A stretch of DNA of 58,543 bases from Actinomycetota bacterium (GCA_947452755.1 CANGDT010000005.1:1-58543), one strand, 5' to 3'. Counted from the stretch's first letter, positions 1-9,362 are shown. Program-made: numbers and translations. The notes: generated by a model from the letters alone, not told the origin.

Positions 1-524
1 CACGCAACGAACGACGTGGACCACGTCTCGATCAGCCATTAGAGCGCGGTCGCTCACTTCGTCCAACAGTTGATGCTGAGACCGCCGGTCGAGTAAGCGA
101 ACGCGTAGCGCGCTTCTTGGGCTCGTGGAAATTCATTGGCTACATGACGCTTGTCATCACAGCCTGGGTTTTGTGGAACCAGTTCGCACCGGACAAAAAT
201 CGGGTCGATCCGTTTCCATTCCTGTTTCTCACTTTGGCGTTGTCGCTTCAGGCTTCCTACGCTGCTCCGTTGATTTTGCTTGCCCAGAATCGCCAGGCTG
301 ACCGTGACCGCGTTCAATTCCAAGAAGATCGTGATCAGACCGAACGACTTCTGGCGGATGCTGATTACTTGACGCGTGAGATTGCGTCCCTTCGTCTGGC
401 AATGGGTGAACTGGCAACCCGTGACTACGTACGTGGGGAACTGCGTGATCTACTTGAAGAAATGGCTGCTCTCATGCGCGACTCGGACGCTGATCAGTCA
501 CCCGAAGACAATTCATCTAACTAA
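1..524 (+). CDS. DUF1003-family membrane protein (5' end outside window)
   Basis: The frame is open from the window edge (...ERVARFLGSWKFIGYMTLV...), so the TTG at 117 in the ORF track is probably internal. Two hydrophobic helices are followed by an acidic coiled-coil tail, as in DUF1003 proteins. Confidence 0.6.
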   Translation, partial: RNERRGPRLDQPLERGRSLRPTVDAETAGRVSERVARFLGSWKFIGYMTLVITAWVLWNQFAPDKNRVDPFPFLFLTLALSLQASYAAPLILLAQNRQADRDRVQFQEDRDQTERLLADADYLTREIASLRLAMGELATRDYVRGELRDLLEEMAALMRDSDADQSPEDNSSN

Positions 525-542
525 CAAACTCTGGAGTCACTT

Positions 543-1676
543 GTGAGTGTTGCTGCTGAGGCAGTTCAGGCTGCGCTAGCCACTGTCATCGATCCTGAAA
601 TTCGTCGCCCGATTACCGAGATTGACATGGTGAAGAGCGTCGCTATTGACGGCGGAACTGTCACGGTGGGAATCTTTTTGACGATTTCTTCGTGCCCGAT
701 GCAAGACACCATTGTGAATGGCGTCAAGGATGCGGTCAGCAAGGTTCGCGACGTCACTGCTGTTGAGGTTGAACTTGATGTCATGAGTCAAGAACAGCGC
801 GAAAAGCTCAAAGAGAAGCTTCAGGGGCCTGCCAAGGAAATTCGCTTTAATCGTCCCGGGTCAACAACAAAGATTTACGCCATTGCCTCAGGCAAGGGCG
901 GTGTAGGTAAATCATCCATCACGGTGAATCTTGCGGCGGCGATGGCAGCCCAGGGTTTGAACGTGGGTGTCGTCGACGCCGACATTTACGGACACTCAAT
1001 TCCAGATATGCTGGGTGCCACTGAACTGCCGACTGTGGTGGAAAACATGATGATGCCACCACGCGGTCATGGTGTTGCAGTCATGTCGATTCTTGCGCAC
1101 AAGAAGGATCGTCTCGATCCAGTTCCAGTTCGTGGCCCAATGCTGCATCGCTACCTTGAATCGTTCTTGACGGATGCGTTCTGGGGCGAACTTGATGTGC
1201 TGTTGCTTGACCTACCGCCAGGCACTGGCGATGTAGCCATGAGCACTGCGTCCCTGTTGCCACAGAGCGAACTCATCATTGTGACAACCCCACAGCCGGC
1301 TGCAGCCGATGTGGCAATCCGTTCCGGAACGTTTGCGCTGGCACCTACAGTGAATCAGCGCATCGTAGGCATCATCGAAAACATGTCCGCGTTTGCTTGC
1401 CCGCATTGCGGCGAACCGATTGACATGTTTGGTGCTGGTGGTGGACACATGGTCGCCGAAACATTAAGCAAGATGTCTGGCACGAACATTCCACTGTTAG
1501 GCAAGGTTCCTTTTGATCCAAAGCTTCGCGAAGGTGGCGACAATGGCCAGCCACTCGTGCTGTCTGATCCAGATTCACCAGCTGCGAAAATGATTTACGC
1601 ACTTGCCGAACAACTGGGTAAAAAGTCACGTGGACTCGTGGGGCTGAACTTAGCTGTGGAGCCAGTTCGTCACTAA
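543..1676 (+). CDS. mrp: Mrp/ApbC-type Fe-S cluster carrier ATPase
   Basis: GTG start preceded by TGGAG. N-terminal DUF59-like region, deviant Walker A SGKGGVGKSS and a C-terminal CPHCG motif. Sits next to tatB/htrA as in other actinobacteria. Confidence 0.9.
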   Translation: MSVAAEAVQAALATVIDPEIRRPITEIDMVKSVAIDGGTVTVGIFLTISSCPMQDTIVNGVKDAVSKVRDVTAVEVELDVMSQEQREKLKEKLQGPAKEIRFNRPGSTTKIYAIASGKGGVGKSSITVNLAAAMAAQGLNVGVVDADIYGHSIPDMLGATELPTVVENMMMPPRGHGVAVMSILAHKKDRLDPVPVRGPMLHRYLESFLTDAFWGELDVLLLDLPPGTGDVAMSTASLLPQSELIIVTTPQPAAADVAIRSGTFALAPTVNQRIVGIIENMSAFACPHCGEPIDMFGAGGGHMVAETLSKMSGTNIPLLGKVPFDPKLREGGDNGQPLVLSDPDSPAAKMIYALAEQLGKKSRGLVGLNLAVEPVRH

Positions 1677-2005
1677 GTCGCGTCTGGGTCAAACTCTGCG
1701 CGCACGGTCATCGAACGCGCAGGTGCGGCAGAAACGACCGGCGCACTTGCTTGCGTTGTTCCAAGAACTGCCGAGGTGACCATCCCGCGAGGATTCAATT
1801 TCGCGATATCCCCAGCCATGTCCGTCAGCGCCTTGGTGTCAACGACAGTTGAGAGTTCCGCGGTAGCCGCGCTCGCTTTTGCCTTCAACGATTTCAGGGC
1901 ACGGGCGGCTTGGGCTGCCATACCCGGCAGGCGGTCAGGACCAAAGACAATCAGCGCGAGCATGGCAAGCACCATGAACTCGGGTAAGCCGATGTCGAAA
2001 ATCAT
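1673..2005 (-). CDS. tatB: Twin-arginine translocase subunit TatB
   Basis: Starts MIFDIGLPEFMVLAMLALIVFGPDRLP, which is TatB-like. Start placed at ATG 2005, which has a GAGGCAGGA SD; the ORF track's extra 10 upstream codons were dropped. The stop overlaps the mrp stop (CTAA). Confidence 0.8.
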   Translation of the reverse strand: MIFDIGLPEFMVLAMLALIVFGPDRLPGMAAQAARALKSLKAKASAATAELSTVVDTKALTDMAGDIAKLNPRGMVTSAVLGTTQASAPVVSAAPARSMTVRAEFDPDAT

Positions 2006-2026
2006 CGCGTCCTGCCTCATGTGGTT

Positions 2027-2054
2027 GTAGCCCAACCCGTTTGGGCTGGGCTAC
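2027..2054 (-). other. Stem-loop between htrA and tatB (12-bp stem with one G-U pair, 4-nt loop, no U-tract)
   Basis: gtagcccaaccc gttt gggctgggctac, read directly from the sequence. It lies 25 nt downstream of the htrA stop and 21 nt upstream of the tatB start. Confidence 0.4.
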
Positions 2055-2079
2055 TCCAATGTTATTGGTTCGCTTGAAG

Positions 2080-3420
2080 CTACTGCGTCGCCTTTGAGCC
2101 GAGCACTACCTTCACGTCACTGCCGCCTTCTCGTGAAAGCGTGACAGTGTCACCTGGGACGTGAGAACGGATTCGGACGACTAGTTCGGTCCCATTAGCA
2201 ACTTTGACTCCGTCAATGGCTGTGATGACGTCTCCGGGCTTGAGGTCGGTTGTGGACGCTGGTCCGCCAGCGGTGACTTCCTGGACTTTTGCGCCCTGAC
2301 CGGTGTAGCTCATGTCAAGCTGAACACCGATGATGGCGTGCGTTGCATGACCTGTGCTCATCAATTCTTCAGCAACTCGCTTTGCCTGATTAATAGGAAT
2401 CGAAAACCCAAGACCGATGCTGCCTGATTGCGAACCAGTTGTGTTTTGTCCCAGAGTTGCAATTGCCGAGTTGATACCAATTACTTGACCAGCTGCGTTG
2501 ATCAGTGGGCCACCAGAGTTTCCTGGGTTGATTGCAGCATCAGTTTGAATTGCATTGATAAACGATGAAGCGTTTCCACTTTCGCCTGCAGTCACCGGAC
2601 GGTTCAAAGCAGAAACAATGCCGCTTGTAACAGTTCCAGTCAGACCCAGTGGTGAACCAATCGCAATGGTGGCATCGCCGACGACAACATCATCTGAGTT
2701 TCCAAGAACTGCAACGGGTAAGTTGCCACGATTCACTTTGAGAACCGCAAGATCGTAAGAAGTGTCTGTACCCACGATGGTGGCTGTCTCCGTCGACTGA
2801 TCTTGGAATTGCACTGTGATTGTCGAACCTGCTCCAGCGCCTGTAGCGACGTGATTGTTTGTCAGAATAAACGATTCATTGGCATCAGTGCGGATGACAA
2901 AGCCTGATCCGGTACCTTCAGCAGTTCCCGACGCAACATCAATGGACACAACCGTGGGAAGCACTTTGGCAGCAAGGCCGGCAATGGAATTGTCTGGTCG
3001 AGGCGACGTGTCACCAGGCACTGCCGGAAGTGAAATGGATCCCTGGCTACCTGAATGTATTTGTGTGGAAATTGCATAGCCACCAAAACCCGACAATAGG
3101 CCACTGACCACACCAGCAATGATTCCATTGCGCACAGCATTGCTCGCTTTAGATGAAGGTGCAGTTGATGCAGATACAGGACCTGCTGGGTAAACCCACG
3201 TAGGTGGCTCGTACGGCAACGGCAGCTCAGTGTGGGTCGATGCGGGCGCAGGTGTGCCCATAATCAAAAAGTCGCCTGCAGGTGCGTCAGTCGCTACAAC
3301 AGACTGCCCGAAATCAGCAGATGCACTGGCCGGAGGGTCGCTCACAGGCACAGCACTTGGTGATTCTGGCTGGCTAGTTGGCCCGCCATCTGCAGATGGA
3401 AATTCAGGTGTTTCAGACAT
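2080..3420 (-). CDS. htrA: HtrA/DegP-family trypsin-like serine protease with C-terminal PDZ domain
   Basis: P/A/S-rich N-terminus, one TM helix, TNNHV (His), GNSGGPL (Ser) and a PDZ-like C-terminus. SD GAAAGG lies 8 nt before the ATG. Confidence 0.9.
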   Translation of the reverse strand: MSETPEFPSADGGPTSQPESPSAVPVSDPPASASADFGQSVVATDAPAGDFLIMGTPAPASTHTELPLPYEPPTWVYPAGPVSASTAPSSKASNAVRNGIIAGVVSGLLSGFGGYAISTQIHSGSQGSISLPAVPGDTSPRPDNSIAGLAAKVLPTVVSIDVASGTAEGTGSGFVIRTDANESFILTNNHVATGAGAGSTITVQFQDQSTETATIVGTDTSYDLAVLKVNRGNLPVAVLGNSDDVVVGDATIAIGSPLGLTGTVTSGIVSALNRPVTAGESGNASSFINAIQTDAAINPGNSGGPLINAAGQVIGINSAIATLGQNTTGSQSGSIGLGFSIPINQAKRVAEELMSTGHATHAIIGVQLDMSYTGQGAKVQEVTAGGPASTTDLKPGDVITAIDGVKVANGTELVVRIRSHVPGDTVTLSREGGSDVKVVLGSKATQ

Positions 3421-3537
3421 CCCAAGACCTTTCGAGGTTCTTACAATCGGTAGTTCTATTCTGGGCTAATTTTGGCAAGGCGCCATCCAAGGGGACGTAT
3501 CTTCACATAACCCGAACATGAGCCGTACGCTACTTAC

Positions 3538-4191
3538 ATGGCACCGACTGATCCACGTATCCTGGCAATCCACCGCGCATCCAGCGAGTTCGCAGAACAC
3601 TGGGCAGGCGAGAACGAGATCCGCGCTACAGCGCGTGCTCGTGCGGCCGAAGTGGGATGCGTGGCCGTCAGCGAAGGTGTCGGCGCAGTACTTCGCACAC
3701 TTGCAACAACAGTCGATGCGCGAACCGTAGTAGAAATCGGCACTGGCGCAGGCGTCTCGGCACTATGGCTACTCGAAGGCATGCACCCAGACGGCGTGCT
3801 CACCAGCGTTGATGTTGAAAACGAATTCCAACTGATCGCAAAAGATGCAGTAGCCCAAGCAGGCATCAATCCCAACCGCGTACGACTCATCAATGGGCGC
3901 AGCGAAGAAGTACTCGATCGTCTCACCGAAGATGCATACGACATTGTTTTCATTAGCCCGCGCCCACTAGAACTCAGTGCACACGTCGAACGCGCTGTAC
4001 TGCTACTCCGCAAGGGTGGATTGCTGATAATCGACCGTGCACTCTGGAACGACAAGCTTGCAGATCCCGCACAACGAGATCCCGAAACAGTCGCACTCCG
4101 TGGCGTCCTGCACGACATCCACGAAGACGAACGCCTTCACTCAACACTCCTTGCAGTCGGCGGCGGGCTACTCGTAGCCAGCAAGCGATAA
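3538..4191 (+). CDS. Class I SAM-dependent O-methyltransferase (caffeoyl-CoA OMT-like)
   Basis: SAM motif VVEIGTGAGVS. Its size and position match the O-methyltransferase that flanks sigE in other actinobacteria. Confidence 0.8.
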   Translation: MAPTDPRILAIHRASSEFAEHWAGENEIRATARARAAEVGCVAVSEGVGAVLRTLATTVDARTVVEIGTGAGVSALWLLEGMHPDGVLTSVDVENEFQLIAKDAVAQAGINPNRVRLINGRSEEVLDRLTEDAYDIVFISPRPLELSAHVERAVLLLRKGGLLIIDRALWNDKLADPAQRDPETVALRGVLHDIHEDERLHSTLLAVGGGLLVASKR

Positions 4192-4204
4192 AACTCTTAA
4201 CAAT

Positions 4205-4240
4205 AAGAAAGCGGATGACCCTCAGGTCATCCGCTTTCTT
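4205..4240. terminator. Bidirectional intrinsic terminator hairpin (perfect 16-bp stem, 4-nt loop)
   Basis: aagaaagcggatgacc ctca ggtcatccgctttctt. It lies between the convergent O-methyltransferase (+) and DUF3117 (-) genes. The stem ends are T-rich in both orientations. Confidence 0.8.
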
Positions 4241-4252
4241 ATTTAAATCTAA

Positions 4253-4372
4253 AGTTTTACTTCTTCGGCTTGCCTATGGCCTGCGAAGTTTTACTTCTTC
4301 GGCACGCTTATGGCCTACGAAGTTTTACTTCTTCGGCACGCTTATGGCCTGCGAAGTTTTACTTCTTCGGCA
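4253..4372 (-). repeat. 34-bp tandem repeat, about 3.5 copies, including the stop codon and last codons of the DUF3117 gene
   Basis: Copies are 4253-4286, 4287-4320, 4321-4354 and a partial copy 4355-4372. Copy 2 differs from copy 3 at 1 position and copy 1 from copy 3 at 3 positions. The coding-strand unit begins GCCGAAGAAGTAAAACTTCG. Confidence 0.95.
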
Positions 4373-4541
4373 TTCCAGCGACAGTATCCTTCAACACTGC
4401 GCCTAAATCTTTTACTTCCTGAGCATTCAGCTCAACTACCAAACGTCCGCCACCTTCGAGAGGCACACGTAGCACGTAGCCACGGCCTTCTTTAGGGCAT
4501 TCCATTGGGCCGTCACCGGTGCGAGGCTTCATTGCCGCCAT
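4359..4541 (-). CDS. DUF3117-family small conserved actinobacterial protein
   Basis: MAAMKPRTGDGPMECPKEGRGYVLRVPLEGGGRLVVEL... Start chosen at ATG 4541 with SD AAGAGG 7 nt upstream; the ORF track's longer start at 4565 was rejected. Confidence 0.85.
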   Translation of the reverse strand: MAAMKPRTGDGPMECPKEGRGYVLRVPLEGGGRLVVELNAQEVKDLGAVLKDTVAGMPKK

Positions 4542-4681
4542 GTTCGGTCCTCTTTCGTCGTACAAATTATGTTGTTCCTATTATCTCGCATATCGGTGCG
4601 GTTACGAAATCCAGATATCTGCACAAAACCCTTTAAATAAAGGTCTTTTTAGCAACCAGAAGTCCACACCGTGGGACAACG

Positions 4682-5134
4682 TTAAATGCTCCCCGACTCC
4701 AACATGTGCGCGAACTTATTCAACGACTTTTGCACCCCAAATTCAAAGGCCGGACGCGTGACCGCAAAGCCAAATTTGCCCAACGCCCCAAGCGGGAGGT
4801 CCAAATCTTCACTCCACTCAAAACGGCAGGCATGTTCACCGAGCGGGACCACAACAAAAGTACCGGTGCCACGAACAACGCGACCTGTATGGAGAACGTC
4901 ACAACGTAACGGTGGTTCCCAAGAAGTGATTGTCATGGTGTCGAGGAACCCAATTTTCCAGATTCCCGTGAACGCTTCAATCTGTCCACCCACGCCCGTG
5001 CCATCACCATTGACCGGCCATACCTTTGTGCCCATCATCCACTTGCCTTGACTTGGCCAATCGACAATTGCATCCCACACACGCTGAGCCGGTACCTGAA
5101 TATCTACATGCAATTCGACATGTGCACTCGTCAC
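4682..5134 (-). CDS. SRPBCC (polyketide cyclase/dehydrase-like) family protein
   Basis: About 150 aa with an SRPBCC-like pattern (VWDAIVDWPSQGKWM). The GTG start overlaps the upstream LOG gene stop (GTGA). Confidence 0.65.
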   Translation of the reverse strand: MTSAHVELHVDIQVPAQRVWDAIVDWPSQGKWMMGTKVWPVNGDGTGVGGQIEAFTGIWKIGFLDTMTITSWEPPLRCDVLHTGRVVRGTGTFVVVPLGEHACRFEWSEDLDLPLGALGKFGFAVTRPAFEFGVQKSLNKFAHMLESGSI

Positions 5135-5922
5135 TTGTTTTCACCCTCTGTTTTCTTCATCATTCCAAACTCATCCACCATGGATTTACGCTTCTCTTCG
5201 GCACTCAAAAGAATTTCCATGACTTCATCTATGTCGTCACTGACATGAATCATGTCGAGATCCTTAACAGAGACCTTGCCTTCGGCGGCAACTGTGTCAC
5301 GGAGCCAATTAATAAGTGGTCCCCAATAGGCAGAGCCCATCAAAATCACAGGAAATGATGTGACCTTTTGTGTTTGCACCAACGTGAGTGCCTCAAAAAG
5401 TTCGTCAAGCGTGCCAAACCCACCAGGGAAAACAACAAACCCTTGTGCATATTTAATAAACATTGTTTTGCGGGCAAAGAAGTAACGGAAGTCAATTGCC
5501 AGCTCTACATACTCATTGACCGATTGTTCAAAAGGCAATTCGATACCGAGTCCAACAGAGATGCCAGGACCTGCGAAGCAACCCTTATTGGCTGCCTCCA
5601 TAATTCCCGGGCCACCACCAGTGATGATGTTGTATCCAAGGTCAGAAAGGCGACGTGCAAGTTCTTCAGCCTGGGCATACTCGGGGCTATCTGCCGCTGT
5701 GCGGGCACTTCCAAAAATACTGAAAGCAGGTCCAAGCTCGGCCAATGCGCCGAAGCCATTTACGAACTCGGCTTGAATCCGCATCACTCGCCAGGGGTCT
5801 TCGTGAACCCAATCCGACCGACCGTGACTGTCTAGGAGTCGCTGGTCAGTTGTTCCCGACTTACGGGCGTGACCTTTGCGCAGAACCGCACCTTCACGGT
5901 GAATTTGTGGCTGATTGCTCAT
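5131..5922 (-). CDS. LOG-family (TIGR00730) nucleotide phosphoribohydrolase
   Basis: Contains the PGGFGTLDELFE LOG signature and a GGGPGIMEA motif. Lies adjacent to dapE as in mycobacteria. Confidence 0.85.
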   Translation of the reverse strand: MSNQPQIHREGAVLRKGHARKSGTTDQRLLDSHGRSDWVHEDPWRVMRIQAEFVNGFGALAELGPAFSIFGSARTAADSPEYAQAEELARRLSDLGYNIITGGGPGIMEAANKGCFAGPGISVGLGIELPFEQSVNEYVELAIDFRYFFARKTMFIKYAQGFVVFPGGFGTLDELFEALTLVQTQKVTSFPVILMGSAYWGPLINWLRDTVAAEGKVSVKDLDMIHVSDDIDEVMEILLSAEEKRKSMVDEFGMMKKTEGENK

Positions 5923-5968
5923 ACCTCAACGGTACCCCGAAGTGCGCAATGGCGAAGTGGGGCTCGAA

Positions 5969-7078
5969 TTACCCACGTAGCCAAGACAGCACGAGCTCTT
6001 CGCATCGGATGAGCTGCGCAACAGGCACATGTTCATTACGCGAGTGAGCCAAACTTGGATCGCCCGGACCCATGTTGACAGCAGGTACACCCATGGCCGA
6101 AAAACGTGCCACGTCTGTCCACCCGAATTTAGGTGCAACCTTGCCATCAACTTTTGCAATCAAACTTTGTAGTGCTTCGCGCTCGAGCCCTGGCAATGCG
6201 CCAGCAGCATTGTCAACAAATTCAACGAGGTAGCCAGCAAAAACATCGCGCACATGCGCTTCAGCGTCAGCAGCTGAAGTGCTGGGTGCGTAACGGTAGT
6301 TGACTTCGAGGGTGGCTTGATCAGGAATGACGTTGCCGGCTACGCCACCTGAGATGCCAACAGCATTGAGGCCCTCGCGGTATTCAAGTCCTTCGACGGC
6401 AACAACTTGTGGTTCATACGCATTCAGGCGAGCGATTGCATCTGCAAGGCCATGGATTGCATTTTCACCCATCCATGACCGTGCACTGTGTGCCCGCACG
6501 CCGGTCGTTTTTACTACAGCACGTAAAGTCCCCTGGCATCCCGCTTCAATATTTGCATTGGACGGTTCCAGCAGGATTGCGATATCGGCTGCAAGCCACT
6601 CAGGATGATCTTTGGCGATGTGGTTCAGTCCATTGCGTGCACTATCGACTTCTTCGCATTCGTAGAAAAGATACGTGACATCAAATACCGGTTCTGCAAC
6701 GGTTAAAGCCGCGCGCAGAGCAACGGCGACGCCGCCTTTCATGTCACAACTACCTAGACCAAAAAGGACGTCTTCCGATACAACTGTGCCATCGCTGGGG
6801 AGAGTGCCACCTGCGTTGATCACAGTGGCCACGAGGTTGTCGGAGATGGGGACAGTGTCGATGTGCCCAGCCAAGATAATTCGGCTCTTGCGGCCAAGAT
6901 TCGTTTGAGCCACCACATTGTTTTTGTACCGCGAGACTTCAAGCCAAGGCACCTCGCGAAGCAGAGTTTCGATGGCATTAGCCAGGCTCTCTTCATTGCC
7001 AGATACGCTCTCGGCGCGCACCAAGGCGGCAGTTAATGCCACGACATCATCGGCTGGGTTCAACTCAACAGGGCTCAC
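5969..7078 (-). CDS. dapE: Succinyl-diaminopimelate desuccinylase (M20 peptidase)
   Basis: GHIDTVP and GSCDMKGG motifs. Start trimmed to GTG 7078 ([20 protein letters not shown]...) by analogy with DapE N-termini. The ORF track's 59 extra codons look non-coding. The exact start is uncertain. Confidence 0.8.
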   Translation of the reverse strand: MSPVELNPADDVVALTAALVRAESVSGNEESLANAIETLLREVPWLEVSRYKNNVVAQTNLGRKSRIILAGHIDTVPISDNLVATVINAGGTLPSDGTVVSEDVLFGLGSCDMKGGVAVALRAALTVAEPVFDVTYLFYECEEVDSARNGLNHIAKDHPEWLAADIAILLEPSNANIEAGCQGTLRAVVKTTGVRAHSARSWMGENAIHGLADAIARLNAYEPQVVAVEGLEYREGLNAVGISGGVAGNVIPDQATLEVNYRYAPSTSAADAEAHVRDVFAGYLVEFVDNAAGALPGLEREALQSLIAKVDGKVAPKFGWTDVARFSAMGVPAVNMGPGDPSLAHSRNEHVPVAQLIRCEELVLSWLRG

Positions 7079-7149
7079 AGCACTACGGTAGTCCTGTAGG
7101 AAGAAGTAAATCGTGGCGACCGCCAGCAACACGAAGGAATTTGGGCATA

Positions 7150-8076
7150 ATGACTGATCCAGCGAACTCAGCCTCCGGAATTGGCCTTGCCACCTTTGCA
7201 GGTGAGACCTTGCTTGATGTGTGGTTCCCCACCCCTTCTTTGGGCACAACGCCAACGGCTCCTGACGGCCTAGAGCGCGCTATGGACACCGATGACATTC
7301 GCGGCGTGCGAGTTCAACCGATTACGACAGTGATCTCTGACCTGAGTGCAGCACCAACGGATGCCGCTGACGCATACCTACGTTTGCACCTGCTATCGCA
7401 CCGCTTGGTCCAGCCCCGCACAATCAACTTGGACGGCATCTTTGGCTTATTGACTAATGTCGCCTGGACGAACCTCGGGCCAATCGCAATTGATAACCTC
7501 ACCAATGCACAGCTGAATGCCCGTCGCGCCGGCAAGCACTTGTCGGTCTACGGAGTCGATAAGTTCCCCCGCATGGTTGATTACGTTGTACCTAGCGGCG
7601 TACGCATCGCAGATGCTGACCGCGTTCGCCTCGGCGCTTACTTGGCTAGTGGAACCACAATCATGCACGAAGGTTTTGTGAACTTTAATGCTGGCACACT
7701 CGGCGCAAGCATGGTCGAAGGGCGAATTTCGGCTGGCGTTGTCGTCGGCGACGGCTCCGACATCGGTGGCGGCGCAAGCATCATGGGCACACTGTCGGGT
7801 GGTGGCAAGGAAGTGATTACCATCGGCGAGAGATGCCTTGTCGGTGCAAATGCTGGCGTTGGAATTTCGTTGGGTGACAATTGCGTCATTGAAGCAGGTT
7901 GCTACATCACGGGTGGGTCGAAAGTGACGCTACCGGATGGTGCGGTCATTAAGGCTCGTGAGCTTTCAGGCGCGAATGGACTGTTGTATCGACGCAATTC
8001 AGTATCGGGTGCTCTTGAAGTTGTGAATCGCGAAGGTTCGTGGGGCGGCCTTAATGACGCCCTACACAAGAACTAG
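7150..8076 (+). CDS. dapD: 2,3,4,5-tetrahydropyridine-2,6-dicarboxylate N-succinyltransferase
   Basis: C-terminal left-handed hexapeptide repeats and the actinobacterial long-form DapD N-terminus. ATG at 7150 is used; the longer ORF (7036) overlaps the dapE leader. Confidence 0.85.
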   Translation: MTDPANSASGIGLATFAGETLLDVWFPTPSLGTTPTAPDGLERAMDTDDIRGVRVQPITTVISDLSAAPTDAADAYLRLHLLSHRLVQPRTINLDGIFGLLTNVAWTNLGPIAIDNLTNAQLNARRAGKHLSVYGVDKFPRMVDYVVPSGVRIADADRVRLGAYLASGTTIMHEGFVNFNAGTLGASMVEGRISAGVVVGDGSDIGGGASIMGTLSGGGKEVITIGERCLVGANAGVGISLGDNCVIEAGCYITGGSKVTLPDGAVIKARELSGANGLLYRRNSVSGALEVVNREGSWGGLNDALHKN

Positions 8077-9362
8077 TTCTGACGAGCACCAATCTTGATG
8101 TAATCGCGTGCGTCTGCGCCAACATAAACCTGGCGCGGGCGGCCAATCTTCGTGTCAGGGTCAGTGATCATTTCGTGCCACTGTGCAATCCAACCTGGCA
8201 AACGACCAAGTGCAAAAAGAACAGTGAACATGCGCGTTGGGAAACCAATCGCACGGTAAATCAGACCTGTGTAGAAATCAACGTTCGGGTATAGCTTGCG
8301 CTCTACAAAGAACGGATCGGTGAGTGCAACTTCTTCCAGACGAAGTGCGATGTCGAACAATGGATCTTGAACGCCAAGCATGTTCAGAATTTCGTAGGCA
8401 TGCTTCTTCACAATGGCTGCTCGTGGGTCGTAGTTCTTGTAAATACGATGACCAAAGCCCATCAAGCGAATTCCATCTTCGCGGTTCTTGACGCGCTCAA
8501 TAAAGCGGTCAACTCCTTCGCCCGATGCATGAATGTCTTTCAACATTTCCAAAACAGCCTGGTTGGCACCACCATGAAGCGGGCCAAAGAGTGCATTAAT
8601 GCCTGCAGAGATTGACGCAAACATATTTGCGTGCGACGAACCCACCATGCGCACAGTGGAGGTTGAGCAGTTCTGTTCGTGATCAGCATGGAGAATAAAA
8701 AGCATGTCGAGTGCCTTTTCGACGGCCTCATTCACGATGTACTTTTCAGCAGGCACCCCGAATGTCATGCTCAAGAAATTTCCGACGTACCCAAGGCTGT
8801 TATCCGGATACATGTAGGGCTGACCAACGGTCTTTTTATGCGCGTACGCGGCCAGTGTTGGTACCTTAGCCATCAAGCGAATGGTCGAAATTTCTACATG
8901 ACGCTCATCAAATGGATCAAGTGAATCTTGGTAGAAAGTAGATAGTGCGCTGACTGCGCTAGAAAGAACCGGCATTGGGTGCGCATCGCGCGGGAAGCCA
9001 TCAAAGAATCGACGTAAGTCTTCGTGCACCATTGTGTGTTGATTGATGTCATCTTGGAACTTTGAAAGCTGTGTAGGAGTTGGCAATTCTCCGTAAATCA
9101 AGAGGTACGACGTTTCTAGGAACGTGCTTCCTTCAGCCAATTGTTCAATCGGGTATCCGCGGTAGCGCAAGATGCCCTGGTCACCGTCGATGTACGTGAT
9201 ACTCGATTCGCATGATGCAGTGTTCATGAAGCCATGATCAAGAGTGATGTGGCCAGTTTCCTTGAGCAGCGGCGCAATGTCGTACGCGGCTGAGCCAACA
9301 GTGGCAGCAACTTCCTTCAGGGGAAGATCGCCAGAATCGTGGTGAAGAGTTGCTCCAGACAT
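8073..9362 (-). CDS. gltA: Citrate synthase
   Basis: [13 protein letters not shown] signature. A 429-aa type II citrate synthase. Confidence 0.95.
   Translation of the reverse strand: MSGATLHHDSGDLPLKEVAATVGSAAYDIAPLLKETGHITLDHGFMNTASCESSITYIDGDQGILRYRGYPIEQLAEGSTFLETSYLLIYGELPTPTQLSKFQDDINQHTMVHEDLRRFFDGFPRDAHPMPVLSSAVSALSTFYQDSLDPFDERHVEISTIRLMAKVPTLAAYAHKKTVGQPYMYPDNSLGYVGNFLSMTFGVPAEKYIVNEAVEKALDMLFILHADHEQNCSTSTVRMVGSSHANMFASISAGINALFGPLHGGANQAVLEMLKDIHASGEGVDRFIERVKNREDGIRLMGFGHRIYKNYDPRAAIVKKHAYEILNMLGVQDPLFDIALRLEEVALTDPFFVERKLYPNVDFYTGLIYRAIGFPTRMFTVLFALGRLPGWIAQWHEMITDPDTKIGRPRQVYVGADARDYIKIGARQN

Noticed and set aside
3534-4118. Long antisense ORFs: 3534-4118 (-) opposite the O-methyltransferase, 24446-25057 (+) opposite typA, 32762-33280 (-) opposite fumarase, and 13575-14054 (+) opposite mshB
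   Set aside because: They have Ser/Ala/Arg-rich, low-complexity translations. Each lies fully inside a confidently identified gene on the other strand. These are typical shadow ORFs in moderately GC-rich DNA.
4215-4495. Plus-strand ORFs 4215-4406 and 4310-4495 (63 and 61 aa) with internally repeated peptide ...LLLRHAYGLRSFTSSA...
   Set aside because: They are simply translations of the 34-bp tandem repeat and of the antisense strand of the DUF3117 gene. They have no SD or start context, and the repeated peptide follows from the DNA repeat.
4629-4642. Weak AT-rich hairpin (ccttt aaat aaagg) downstream of the SRPBCC gene, considered as an intrinsic terminator
   Set aside because: It has only a 5-bp A/T-rich stem. 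It is too weak to call with confidence, although its position and adjacent T-run are compatible with a terminator.
7079-7255. N-terminal extensions in the ORF track: dapE to 7255, mshB to 14167, typA to 26059, VanW-like to 12793, SBP to 21083, oppB-like to 19280, xseA from 30086, and dapD from 7036
   Set aside because: The extra residues are Cys/Arg/His-rich and unlike homologue N-termini. They often overlap the neighbouring divergent gene. Internal starts with good SD sequences reproduce the canonical N-termini.
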